Below, in pieces: positions 1 through 7,915 of a stretch of DNA of 32,000 bases (positions are counted from its first letter, which is position 1; each line of letters begins with the position of its first letter). The notes beneath the pieces are model-generated. The model had not been told where the DNA came from. It did no database searches and saw nothing but the letters and a program-made list of their open reading frames with translations. A program made the translations under genes and the position numbers. The DNA is from Aciduliprofundum boonei T469. GTDB taxonomy: Archaea > Thermoplasmatota > Thermoplasmata > Thermoplasmatales > Aciduliprofundaceae. The stretch covers positions 150,001-182,000 of the forward strand of contig NC_013926.1 of the NCBI RefSeq assembly GCF_000025665.1. The letters are read 5' to 3'.

Positions 1-15
1 AAATAATGAAAATGT

Positions 16-1062
16 TTAAACCCCGTGGTACTCCCACAGGGATTTTTTGAATTTCTCGATTTCCTGTTCTAAGGAATTCAGGCGGTCCTTGTTCACCTCC
101 ACACCTGCAATCTTCATTATGAAGAGCAATGATTTTAGATGATCCTCTGCGCTCAATCTCCAATCTTCAACCTTCTTGTATATTCTGGGCTTTGGTGCCC
201 TTATAGTTCCAGCAGGCGTTTCTATCTCAGCTTCTATCTCTTCCTCAGGGAAGTACTTGGTAACATCTTGAACCTCACCTCTCGCGTATGCCATTATCTC
301 TGACTTCACTTCTTTACTTATCCAGCCAATGTCCACATAGTAGTCCAAGAGCAATGTAATTTTGTCCCTTTTCACTCTTTCAAACAGGAACTCGATCCAG
401 CGCATTAGGAGCACTATGGTGTAATAGTCCTTCTTGATATGCTTGAGTATCGGACCCTCACCTGGTTTCGGTAGCTCTGGTTCTTTCCTTCTCTCTTCCA
501 CTGGGGCTGGATTCTCTTGTACATACTCCCTTTGCTTTTCCTTAGGCATTTCCCTTGGCTTCTCTTCTGGAATCTGCGTGCTTTCTTCAAACACTGAAGG
601 TATTATCCCTGGCTCTTCCGGTGGTATGACGGTATCTGGAGTTATGGGCATCTCTCTCCTTTCGCCCATCTCTATGAATGGATTGATCTTCTGTGAAACT
701 ACCTCGTAGATATCAAGGAGTCTCTTGATATTATCCTGCATCTCCTCGTTTACTTTCCTGATCTCGCTGATTTCATTTTCCAAAGAGCCAATCATTGAAT
801 CGTGGCGCTCGATTTTTGCTTGAAACTCGTCTATCTTCCTTGAGATGTCATCGAGCTTCGTTGTAAGCTCATCTATATCCAAACCCTTGAGGGCTGTACC
901 CAGCACCTTCTCAATTTCAGCATCGTTTATCCCTGCCTCGGAGATTTCAGGCACTGCCTCTGCAGGTATCTCTGGAATCTCTGGCTCCTCTACCTTCTTT
1001 GTCTTCTTTGCTTTTTTCGCTGGCTTCTTCTCTTTTTTCTTCTTTTTAAACAACCCTGCCAT
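16..1062 (-). CDS. flaD: Archaellum accessory protein, FlaC-like coiled coil fused to FlaD/E-type domain (ArlC/D/E)
   Basis: The N-terminal half is a heptad-like coiled coil (LDDISRKIDEFQAKIERHDSMIGSLENEISEIRKVNEEMQDNIKRLLDIYEVV), typical of FlaC. The C-terminal part (YYTIVLLMRWIEFLFERV...LLLDYYVDIGWISKEVKSEI) matches the conserved FlaD/E domain pattern. The gene lies directly downstream of an archaellin gene on the same strand. GGAGGTGA lies just upstream of the ATG at 1062. Confidence 0.8.
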   Translation of the reverse strand: MAGLFKKKKKEKKPAKKAKKTKKVEEPEIPEIPAEAVPEISEAGINDAEIEKVLGTALKGLDIDELTTKLDDISRKIDEFQAKIERHDSMIGSLENEISEIRKVNEEMQDNIKRLLDIYEVVSQKINPFIEMGERREMPITPDTVIPPEEPGIIPSVFEESTQIPEEKPREMPKEKQREYVQENPAPVEERRKEPELPKPGEGPILKHIKKDYYTIVLLMRWIEFLFERVKRDKITLLLDYYVDIGWISKEVKSEIMAYARGEVQDVTKYFPEEEIEAEIETPAGTIRAPKPRIYKKVEDWRLSAEDHLKSLLFIMKIAGVEVNKDRLNSLEQEIEKFKKSLWEYHGV

Positions 1063-1094
1063 TTTTTATCACCTCCAAGGTTCAAAGGTTTTCT

Positions 1095-1115
1095 GGTACC
1101 CTAGTACCCTAGTAC
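1095..1115. repeat. Tandem 8-mer GTACCCTA x2 (+GTAC) in the flaB-flaC/D/E intergenic spacer
   Basis: Direct reading gives GGTACCCTAGTACCCTAGTAC. It sits between the flaB stop (1133) and the flaCDE start (1062). Confidence 0.5.
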
Positions 1116-1132
1116 AAAGAAAGTCAAAGAGT

Positions 1133-1783
1133 TCAGTAGAGGTCCACGTACTTAGTTGTCAAGGTTGCAGGCACCATGAATGCTGCATATGTGGGCACAC
1201 CATGCTTGGGTATTATCTGCAAGGTTACCTGAGACTGCGGAGTGAGGTTCAATCCTGCCGCAGTTGCATTTATTATCAGCATAACTATGTCTCCCTGAGT
1301 AACTACCCTCTGATTATCCCAATTCTGCGGTGGCATATCCCTTAGGATTTTAGCAGTAAAAGTAGTATTAGCCAGCCATTCACCAGTAGCTGCAAGTTTT
1401 ACTTGACCAGCAGTGGTAGTTATATCCACATTAGTATAGTTCAAGGTTACATCCTTTGTGCCATCAGTCAGTTCAATTAGCACATTTCTCATATCAATGG
1501 CAGGGCTTCCAGCTATCAGACCAACTTTGATCTGTATAATGCCTACTTTGGGTGCAGATGGTGTACTGTTATCAACTATACCACCAACATGTATTATCTT
1601 GAATCCAGTGGCAACATCCTGAATGGCTATGTTACCCGTCTCCTCAGCCTGCTGCTGCAGCTGGTACGCTGTTTGTATGAGCACCGTTGCGGCAACGGCA
1701 GCCACGATAATCATTGCTATGAAGATTATCAGGGTGCCGATGCCCATTTCGCCTTTTTCTTTCTTATTCCAAACCTTCTTCAT
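1133..1783 (-). CDS. flaB: Archaellin (archaeal flagellin) precursor with class III signal peptide
   Basis: The N-terminus MKKVWNKKEKG/EMGIGTLIIFIAMIIVAAVAATVLI matches the archaellin prepilin-like signal: a basic leader, Gly at -1, then the conserved GIGTLIVFIAMVLVAAVAA-type hydrophobic segment. GAGGTGATG-type SD lies upstream. An archaellum accessory gene follows. Confidence 0.92.
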   Translation of the reverse strand: MKKVWNKKEKGEMGIGTLIIFIAMIIVAAVAATVLIQTAYQLQQQAEETGNIAIQDVATGFKIIHVGGIVDNSTPSAPKVGIIQIKVGLIAGSPAIDMRNVLIELTDGTKDVTLNYTNVDITTTAGQVKLAATGEWLANTTFTAKILRDMPPQNWDNQRVVTQGDIVMLIINATAAGLNLTPQSQVTLQIIPKHGVPTYAAFMVPATLTTKYVDLY

Positions 1784-1816
1784 CTTTCATCACCTCGGGT
1801 CTCTCTTTTTATTCAT

Positions 1817-1836
1817 GAGCCCTTTTCTTTGGGCTC
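1817..1836 (-). other. Short hairpin GAGCCC-N8-GGGCTC between the surface-protein stop and the flaB start
   Basis: A perfect 6-bp GC-rich inverted repeat seen directly. On the minus strand it lies downstream of TATA-like boxes (TTTTTATAG, ATATTTTTAAA) and about 30 nt upstream of the flaB SD/ATG. It is either a leader structure or a 3' end element of the upstream gene. Confidence 0.4.
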
Positions 1837-1933
1837 CAAAATGAAATATGGTAAGGGGTTTAAAAATATTTAGTTACAATTCTATAAAAATGATTAAAAT
1901 TTTTAATTCTCACTCAAGAAAATCATGGCAGGA

Positions 1934-4837
1934 TCATTCTCTAAACTTTATGAAGTAAACAATCACACCCACAATAACTGCAGCCGCTATGATCACATAA
2001 GTTAGATTGCCCATTATAAAATCACCTATCTTTTCCCATATACTCTTCTCTCCAACTCTGAACTCCACGGTAACATTCTTTGTAATATGAGATGCTGACC
2101 TGAAAATAATGGTAGCTTTATGCATCCCATTTGTAAGATTCGTTGCCAGAGTTATAGTAACATTGACAGTTTGATTTTGCTTAACATACACGCTTGTCAC
2201 ATTTGTGAAATTCTTATGGTTATAGTACAAAATCCATGTGGCATTTGTTTTCTCAGCCAATTTTGGAATGAGCATAATCAACTCGGGAGTATTGCCCACA
2301 TTTCTTATTATGGCCGCCAATACAACCTTCTTTCCCTGCGATAAAACTTTTACATTCACAATGAACTGATGGCTCTCTTGAACAGTTAAGAGGAGAGGTA
2401 CTGAAGCCAGAGACCTGTTATCATAGTTCACATTAAAATCTACCTTGTACGAGCCTGCAGGCATATAAGGAGGAAGATAGGTATGCAGAATAACTATATA
2501 ACTTCCTTGCGGATTTAATACAAGAGAGGCATTTGATATGTATGAGAACTGCGCTGCATTTCCACTCAATTTTATGGTAAATAGATCTCTCATATTGCCC
2601 TCGTTTACAACTTTTATCCTCGCAGTATAATAATAAGTTCCATTTTCAATAAGCGATAGTATGGAAACTGATGCCTTGTGAACCGGCTTAACTATTACCA
2701 TAATTGATGCTTTTTTAGTTATATTCAACCTTGATGATTTTATTGTCAAATTTAGATAGTTCTTTGTAAATCCGTATGTACCATTTGGCACAAGAAGAGT
2801 TATATAAATAGATTTTGAAGAATGATAACTTACATTCAATTTGCTCTCATACATCATTGGCCAATTTTTAGATTGATGCAGATTTAGAATATAAGTATCA
2901 TTGCAATTTCCTGTGTTTTCAATTATCAGCTCTATATTTATTTTCTTTCCAGGAAGAACTGTGTACATGGGCGCATATTCAACATTAAAATTCACATAAG
3001 GCAAAACTCTAACAGTTATATTTCTCATCTCCACAATGCCACTTGAAATGGAGCGAACTGTAAGATTCATTGTATAATTTCCAACTATGGTGGATCTGTA
3101 TATATAAACTGAGAAATTCACAATTTCATTTTCACTCTCATTCAATCTAACTTTTTTAAAATCAGGTTGAACTTTGAACAAGGTAGTATTGTAGAGAATT
3201 CTCATAGTATAATTATCCACCCAGTTTCCAGTATTGCTCAAATAAACGCTTATATTGCTCCACCTGCCAGCAGGGAGATAATAAACGGGATTTGTGGATA
3301 TATTAAAGGAGTAATGCTTCACATAAATCATTTTTTCCATCGCGTTATTACTCTCATTTGTCTCAATAATATGATTAAATGGATCTATAAAAATCTTAAC
3401 TCTATGCCATCCTGGAGTTGCATTAAGGATCTCTTCCACATTTACCACATTATTAATGTAAACATTTCTCAATAGGGTTAAATTTCCGTCCAGATAAATT
3501 CCATAGGTGGTAGTAAGAGGAACGGAAGAGTACAAACTCGCCTTTAGAGTTATATTTGAGCCTTGCGCATACAAACTCATACTCTCAACCTTCAAGTCAG
3601 GGAATTCGGCACTTCTAAAATAGAGATAAAACTTGCCATTTACCTCTTTCTGCCACACAATACCTATGGTCCTATCATTTACCGATATGGAAGGAAAGAA
3701 AGAGTTGGAGGCACTGATATTCAAAACCTTCCCTATCTTGTTTCCATTTAAATCATAGATTGAAAATTTTATCACGCCCATCGGATTATCGTTCCAAACT
3801 ACAAACATTCTATTGTGAATCACGGCAAGATGCGGATACATAGAATCTATTTTATCTGCAACTGTGAGATTTGTATCATCCACCTCCGTATATCCAGATG
3901 AGCTTAATCGAGTAAATATTACTTCGTAGGCAAGGCGCTCTCTTGAGCAGGAAAACACGGTGTATAGGGAGTTATTATAATAGTAAGATTCCACCGTGCT
4001 CTTAGGAGATACCACGGAGATCCTTCTTATCTCTGTTAAGAAACTTCCTTTAGGACTCAATTTTCTATAAAATATACTATAGCCGGGTGTGGTTGAATAA
4101 CCTACCCAGAAGATATGCACATCATTATTATTATCCACTACAATTGAAGGTCTCATTGAATCCATATAAGATTGGGAAACCAAAATAGGCGAGAATAGAG
4201 GAGTGCCATAAGAGTCCAATTTATCGTACATAATCTCCCAATGTGAGCCATTCAACTCTTGCCACACGAGGTCAATATCTCCATTAGAATCTACAGCAAT
4301 TTTTGGATTTATACAATCCGTATTTATTTTCCTAACAGGTATTGGGGGAATCTCTATCAGAATGTTCTTGTTGCTGTAAAGCAATCTTGAGAAGTATATT
4401 GCCCAATGTCCACTTACATACCTTTGCCACACAATATAGATATGATCTCCCATAACTCCTATGACCGGATTAGTATCATTACCTTTAAAATGGGTTATTC
4501 TGGTATCATTCACAACCTTAAAACCATCTGGTCTTACTCTCAAATAATATATATCCCACTCTCCATTTCTATCATCTTGCCAGACAATATTGTAATTTCC
4601 ATCACCACTCCTCATAATTTGCGGTTTTGTAGAATTGCCCAACCAAGTGAGTCTTGATGTCTCTCTCCAAATTATATTATTCATCAAAACCTCGCTATTT
4701 CCCTCTTTTAAATCTGATGATGAATGCGACATACCCCCAAATAACACGGGAAAGAGCAAGAATGCAAGAAGAGCGAAAGTCGCTACTCTAACCTTATAAA
4801 ATTGGTGCTTCGATCTCATAGTTCTCTCCATCTGCAA
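1934..4837 (-). CDS. Large secreted surface glycoprotein: signal peptide, ~7 W-motif repeats (predicted beta-propeller), several beta-sandwich (CARDB/Ig-like) domains, C-terminal TM anchor
   Basis: Long uninterrupted ORF of 967 aa. N-terminal signal MRSKHQFYKVRVATFALLAFLLFPVLFGG; Met7 at 4819 is a plausible true start. Repeats include NIVWQDDRNGEWDIYYLRV, IYIVWQRYVSGHWAIYFSRL, IDLVWQELNGSHWEIMYDKL, VHIFWVGY..SIFYRKL, MFVVWNDNP, IGIVWQKEVNGKFYLYFRS. More than 30 N-x-S/T sequons by manual reading. C-terminal TM plus basic tail: LTYVIIAAAVIVGVIVYFIKFRE. Confidence 0.8.
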   Translation of the reverse strand: MQMERTMRSKHQFYKVRVATFALLAFLLFPVLFGGMSHSSSDLKEGNSEVLMNNIIWRETSRLTWLGNSTKPQIMRSGDGNYNIVWQDDRNGEWDIYYLRVRPDGFKVVNDTRITHFKGNDTNPVIGVMGDHIYIVWQRYVSGHWAIYFSRLLYSNKNILIEIPPIPVRKINTDCINPKIAVDSNGDIDLVWQELNGSHWEIMYDKLDSYGTPLFSPILVSQSYMDSMRPSIVVDNNNDVHIFWVGYSTTPGYSIFYRKLSPKGSFLTEIRRISVVSPKSTVESYYYNNSLYTVFSCSRERLAYEVIFTRLSSSGYTEVDDTNLTVADKIDSMYPHLAVIHNRMFVVWNDNPMGVIKFSIYDLNGNKIGKVLNISASNSFFPSISVNDRTIGIVWQKEVNGKFYLYFRSAEFPDLKVESMSLYAQGSNITLKASLYSSVPLTTTYGIYLDGNLTLLRNVYINNVVNVEEILNATPGWHRVKIFIDPFNHIIETNESNNAMEKMIYVKHYSFNISTNPVYYLPAGRWSNISVYLSNTGNWVDNYTMRILYNTTLFKVQPDFKKVRLNESENEIVNFSVYIYRSTIVGNYTMNLTVRSISSGIVEMRNITVRVLPYVNFNVEYAPMYTVLPGKKINIELIIENTGNCNDTYILNLHQSKNWPMMYESKLNVSYHSSKSIYITLLVPNGTYGFTKNYLNLTIKSSRLNITKKASIMVIVKPVHKASVSILSLIENGTYYYTARIKVVNEGNMRDLFTIKLSGNAAQFSYISNASLVLNPQGSYIVILHTYLPPYMPAGSYKVDFNVNYDNRSLASVPLLLTVQESHQFIVNVKVLSQGKKVVLAAIIRNVGNTPELIMLIPKLAEKTNATWILYYNHKNFTNVTSVYVKQNQTVNVTITLATNLTNGMHKATIIFRSASHITKNVTVEFRVGEKSIWEKIGDFIMGNLTYVIIAAAVIVGVIVYFIKFRE

Positions 4838-5111
4838 TCATATTTATCTTCATTTTATTTCCCTCGAAATCAAGAACTGCACTAAAATCGTTGATTCTCG
4901 ATTTATACTTCAACCTCTTTCCCACCTTCTCTTCCATGAGCAATCCCATTTCCACAAGTTTCTTTATGCGTCTGTAGCATACCGTTACAGGTATATTGTA
5001 CTCCCTACTCAATTCTCTAATTCCCTTTGCTCTCATAGATGTGCCCAGGAGTATCTGCGATGAATACCTGTCCATAAACACGCTCACCATGCTCTTTGCC
5101 TCAAGGTTCAT
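4794..5111 (-). CDS. Small winged-helix (ArsR/TrmB-like) transcriptional regulator, paralog A
   Basis: HTH segment IRELSREYNIPVTVCYRRIKKLVEMGLL. It is a clear paralog of the divergent gene at 5316-5687. The ORF track starts at GTG 5126; ATG 5111 aligns with the paralog's start. The 3' end overlaps the start region of the 967-aa surface-protein gene, suggesting co-transcription. Confidence 0.7.
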   Translation of the reverse strand: MNLEAKSMVSVFMDRYSSQILLGTSMRAKGIRELSREYNIPVTVCYRRIKKLVEMGLLMEEKVGKRLKYKSRINDFSAVLDFEGNKMKINMIADGENYEIEAPIL

Positions 5112-5138
5112 ACTTCCCCATTCCACCCATCCATTATT

Positions 5139-5156
5139 AAATTTTTGGAAAAATTT
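5139..5156. promoter_or_regulatory. A/T inverted repeat AAATTTTT-GG-AAAAATTT in the divergent promoter region of the wHTH pair
   Basis: Inverted repeat with 8-bp arms seen directly, about 28-45 nt upstream of ATG 5111 (minus strand) and overlapping the probable TATA region. Its A/T-only composition makes chance occurrence plausible. Confidence 0.25.
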
Positions 5157-5315
5157 TTATAAATTAAAACTTATCAATCAAAATCATACTTGTTTTCCAT
5201 CAGTTATTCTCAAGAAATATTCTCACAGGATATTAGCAGAAGTAATTACTCTCTCATAATTATCCAAAGAGAAAATTGCCACGAAAGTTTTTTAAATGGT
5301 TATCAAAATGCGAAC

Positions 5316-5687
5316 ATGGGGATGCATATGGTAGACAAGCATGCATTAACTCTGGTATTGATGGACGAATACAATCTCAAAATACTAGCGGCATCGGCCA
5401 TAAAACCCGTTTCTGTGAGGGAGATTGCTTACAGATTTGACATTCCGCTTGCAAGCGCATACAGAAAGATAAAGGAATTGGAGAGTATGGGACTAATAAA
5501 AGTAGACGGAACTCGCTTGACTCCCGACGGAAAGAGATACAAGCTCTATCGCTCTCAAGTGGAGAATTTTGAAGTGAGCTACCATAAAGATAAACTGAAG
5601 ATAAAATTACACATAAAATGGCAGGAGCCACAGATAATAGAGAGAGATATACTCTCCCCTACACCCCAAGAGAATTTAATTCATTGA
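5316..5687 (+). CDS. Small winged-helix (ArsR/TrmB-like) transcriptional regulator, paralog B
   Basis: HTH segment VREIAYRFDIPLASAYRKIKELESMGLI, and the protein aligns over its whole length with paralog A (MDEYNLKILAAS vs MDRYSSQILLGT). Three in-frame ATGs at 5316, 5322 and 5328 lie about 20-35 nt downstream of TATA-like TTTTTTAAAT (5289-5298), so the transcript is probably leaderless. The longer track ORF from 5190 is unlikely to be real. Confidence 0.7.
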   Translation: MGMHMVDKHALTLVLMDEYNLKILAASAIKPVSVREIAYRFDIPLASAYRKIKELESMGLIKVDGTRLTPDGKRYKLYRSQVENFEVSYHKDKLKIKLHIKWQEPQIIERDILSPTPQENLIH

Positions 5688-6612
5688 GCAAATGCCTTGC
5701 AGTTAGCCTAACGCTTTCTTCACTATTGTATTTTGGTTTCCATCCGTAGGATTTTATTTTTTCTATTGAAAGAAGCATCTTTGGCACATCACCCTTCCAT
5801 CCACGCTTTCCTCCGGTGAATTTGTATTTTACATCCTGCAATCCCATTTCTTCAACGATTATATCTGCTATCTTCCGCACATTGATCCAGTCCTCGCTTC
5901 CAATATTGAATATTTCCACATCCCTTTTGCGATTTTTATACCCAAATATTATGGCATCCACACAATCCTTTACATAGAGATACGATTTTGTTTGTGTTCC
6001 ATCCCCTAAAATCTCCAGTTCATGCATATTCCTTTTTAATTTCATTATGAAATCGTAAATTACACCATGGGTGCTCCTTGGTCCCACAATATTCGCAAAT
6101 CTATATATGACTGCACTCATACCAAATGTGTGAGCATAGGATGTAATGAACGCTTCAGCTCCCAATTTTGATGCTCCATAAAGAGAAATTGGTATCAATG
6201 GTCCGTAACCCTCCGGAGTGGGTATCTCATTTGCCTCACCGTACACGGTGGATGTGGATGTGAAAATTATATCTTTAACATCATTCAAGCGCATGGCTTC
6301 AAGCACATTGTAGGTGGCAATAACATTCTGCTCCAGATGCACATGTGTATCACTTGCTCCCAATCTAACATCTGGATTTGCAGCCACATGGTAAACGAGC
6401 TCTACGCCTTCCATCTCCTCCTTTAATTTTTCAAAATCAAGGAGATCCGCCTGCACAAATTTGAAATTCTCTTTGCCCATATGCTCCTTTATAAACTCCA
6501 TTTTTCCAGAACTGAGATTATCGTAAACCAATACTTCGTGCTCTTCCTCCATCAAAGCATCAACGATGTGACTTCCTATGAATCCTGCTCCACCCGTCAC
6601 CATTATTTTCAT
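5659..6612 (-). CDS. NAD-dependent sugar-nucleotide epimerase/dehydratase (UDP-glucose 4-epimerase family, SDR)
   Basis: MKIMVTGGAGFIGSHIVDAL Rossmann motif (GxxGxxG). A YGASK catalytic Yxxx K motif in SLYGASKLGAE. GAGGTGA SD lies before ATG 6612. The track start at 6648 adds an implausible N-terminal extension. Confidence 0.85.
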   Translation of the reverse strand: MKIMVTGGAGFIGSHIVDALMEEEHEVLVYDNLSSGKMEFIKEHMGKENFKFVQADLLDFEKLKEEMEGVELVYHVAANPDVRLGASDTHVHLEQNVIATYNVLEAMRLNDVKDIIFTSTSTVYGEANEIPTPEGYGPLIPISLYGASKLGAEAFITSYAHTFGMSAVIYRFANIVGPRSTHGVIYDFIMKLKRNMHELEILGDGTQTKSYLYVKDCVDAIIFGYKNRKRDVEIFNIGSEDWINVRKIADIIVEEMGLQDVKYKFTGGKRGWKGDVPKMLLSIEKIKSYGWKPKYNSEESVRLTARHLLNELNSLGV

Positions 6613-7273
6613 TTTTCTCACCTCTAAGCCAAAGGTACACAACCACAAACACGAGGATGAATATAACTATTCCCCCAACTGCAAATATACCCCATTCTTT
6701 AAAGCTCCAGAGTGAGAAATAGGCAAGCAGGGCTATTATAAAGCTTCCGGTAAACGAGCCAACTACCACGGATAAGAGAATCTTGAATTCGTTCATCGCC
6801 AAGAGCCTGCCAATAAGAGCAGCTGTGAATCCTCCCGAGCCCTGAAATGGTATGGCAACAAAGGCGGCTAGGCCTGCATAGGCAAATTTTCTTATCACCG
6901 TATGCTTTTCCCACTTTTTCTTACCTACCTCTTCTATCTTTCTCACATATATATTCAGCAATGGCACATACTTGAGAAGGTCCCAGTTCCATACAGTCCA
7001 CCAGGCAACAATGGAATCTATAACTGTAATCAAAGCAGCCGCAATTAAGACCCCATAAAATCCATAAATGGGAGAGAAGATTACAACTAAAGCAGGCACC
7101 ATACTCTCCTTCCCCGCAGGGGGAATTAGATACAATAGAAGAATAGTGCCCACCTTTAAAAACAATGAAGGAAAAACCATATAAAGAGTGATAATGAAAA
7201 TGGTACCTGCATAGATAGGATAGAGAAAATGATAAAGACGAACTACAAACACAGCCATTGTTTCTCTATCCAT
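6560..7273 (-). CDS. Polytopic membrane protein (possibly small multidrug export / PF06695-like)
   Basis: Six or more hydrophobic segments. The LIPPAGKESMVPALVV segment resembles the conserved loop of the Sm_multidrug_ex family, but this family call rests on memory only. The gene lies 6 nt downstream of the fibrillarin gene, and its 3' end overlaps the epimerase start. Confidence 0.55.
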   Translation of the reverse strand: MDRETMAVFVVRLYHFLYPIYAGTIFIITLYMVFPSLFLKVGTILLLYLIPPAGKESMVPALVVIFSPIYGFYGVLIAAALITVIDSIVAWWTVWNWDLLKYVPLLNIYVRKIEEVGKKKWEKHTVIRKFAYAGLAAFVAIPFQGSGGFTAALIGRLLAMNEFKILLSVVVGSFTGSFIIALLAYFSLWSFKEWGIFAVGGIVIFILVFVVVYLWLRGEKNENNGDGWSRIHRKSHR

Positions 7274-7279
7274 AAAAAT

Positions 7280-7915
7280 TCACTTCCTAACCACAATAGC
7301 ATAATGGTCTTTCTGATACTTTGAAATATTTATGATCTCCTCAATTGAATAAAGTTCTCCTATCTTCCTTGCCTTTTCTTTCATTATTTCTTTTGGCTTT
7401 TTTCTCACATCTATAGTCCTGGTTTTTAGCATCAAATATCCAAATTTTGGAGCATAGAACTCCATATTTTTCAAAAATATCTCCACCTGGTCTCTCTGAG
7501 ATACATCCTGATAAATTATATTAGGCTTCTCCACAAATATTGCATAATGTTCAGGATACCTTGCATCATCCAGAATTGGAACTATATTGTCTCTTCTCTC
7601 TCCAAGATGCACGAGTTTCTGCATGGACATAGGAGATATCTCGACAGCCCATACAAGCTCCGCTATATCCGAAAGATGGCTAACTGTTGTGCCCGTAGAA
7701 GCTCCCAAATAGAGAATCTTTGAACCTTTAAAATGAAAATTCTCAAGGTGCAGGTGCATGGCTGCACTTAGCTTGCTTCTCACTGGCTCCCACCTCCTGT
7801 AAAATCTCCCTTTTATCTCAAGAACTCTCTCGCCATAAACGCTCTCTTTGAACTTTGATTTTGTGTAAAATCCCTTGCCATCGGTGTAAACCCCGGGGTA
7901 TCTGGAGCTTCGCAT
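7280..7915 (-). CDS. flpA: Fibrillarin-like rRNA/tRNA 2'-O-methyltransferase
   Basis: Aligns along its full length with archaeal fibrillarin as I recall it: YRRWEPVRSKLSAAM, ILYLGASTGTTVSHLSDI (SAM motif), NIVPILDDARYPEHY, IIYQDVSQRDQVEI, KTRTIDVRKKPKEI, KDHYAIVV. Confidence 0.9.
   Translation of the reverse strand: MRSSRYPGVYTDGKGFYTKSKFKESVYGERVLEIKGRFYRRWEPVRSKLSAAMHLHLENFHFKGSKILYLGASTGTTVSHLSDIAELVWAVEISPMSMQKLVHLGERRDNIVPILDDARYPEHYAIFVEKPNIIYQDVSQRDQVEIFLKNMEFYAPKFGYLMLKTRTIDVRKKPKEIMKEKARKIGELYSIEEIINISKYQKDHYAIVVRK

Noticed and set aside
434-1345. Plus-strand ORFs 434-709 and 845-1345 (Ser/Gly/Phe-rich)
   Set aside because: They are antisense to the well-supported flaC/D/E and flaB genes. 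Their low-complexity translations mirror the E/K/P-rich sense frame.
2120-4657. Plus-strand ORFs 2120-2344, 3167-3475, 3563-3751 and 4406-4657
   Set aside because: They are antisense shadows inside the 967-aa surface-protein gene, with no starts supported by SD or TATA elements and no recognisable motifs.
1934-4837. Apparently lower GC content of the surface-protein genes as evidence of horizontal transfer
   Set aside because: Spot counts of a few 60-nt lines gave about 30-40 percent GC, against about 40 percent in ileS. That is within what Asn/Ile/Tyr/Lys-rich composition could explain. I cannot compute proper statistics here, so I make no HGT claim.
5190-5315. N-terminal extension of wHTH paralog B in the ORF track; similar extensions occur at 27497, 26139, 21694, 24292, 17260, 21114, 6648 and 5126
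   Set aside because: The extensions start at non-ATG codons or run through TATA or operator sequences. They lack SD sites and are absent from homologous N-termini. Downstream ATGs with GGTGA-type SD or leaderless geometry were preferred.
6699-6914. A 71-aa minus-strand ORF in an alternative frame of the membrane-protein gene
   Set aside because: It is fully nested in the longer hydrophobic ORF 6560-7273, which has coherent TM periodicity. The nested frame gives a Cys/Arg-rich sequence with no support.
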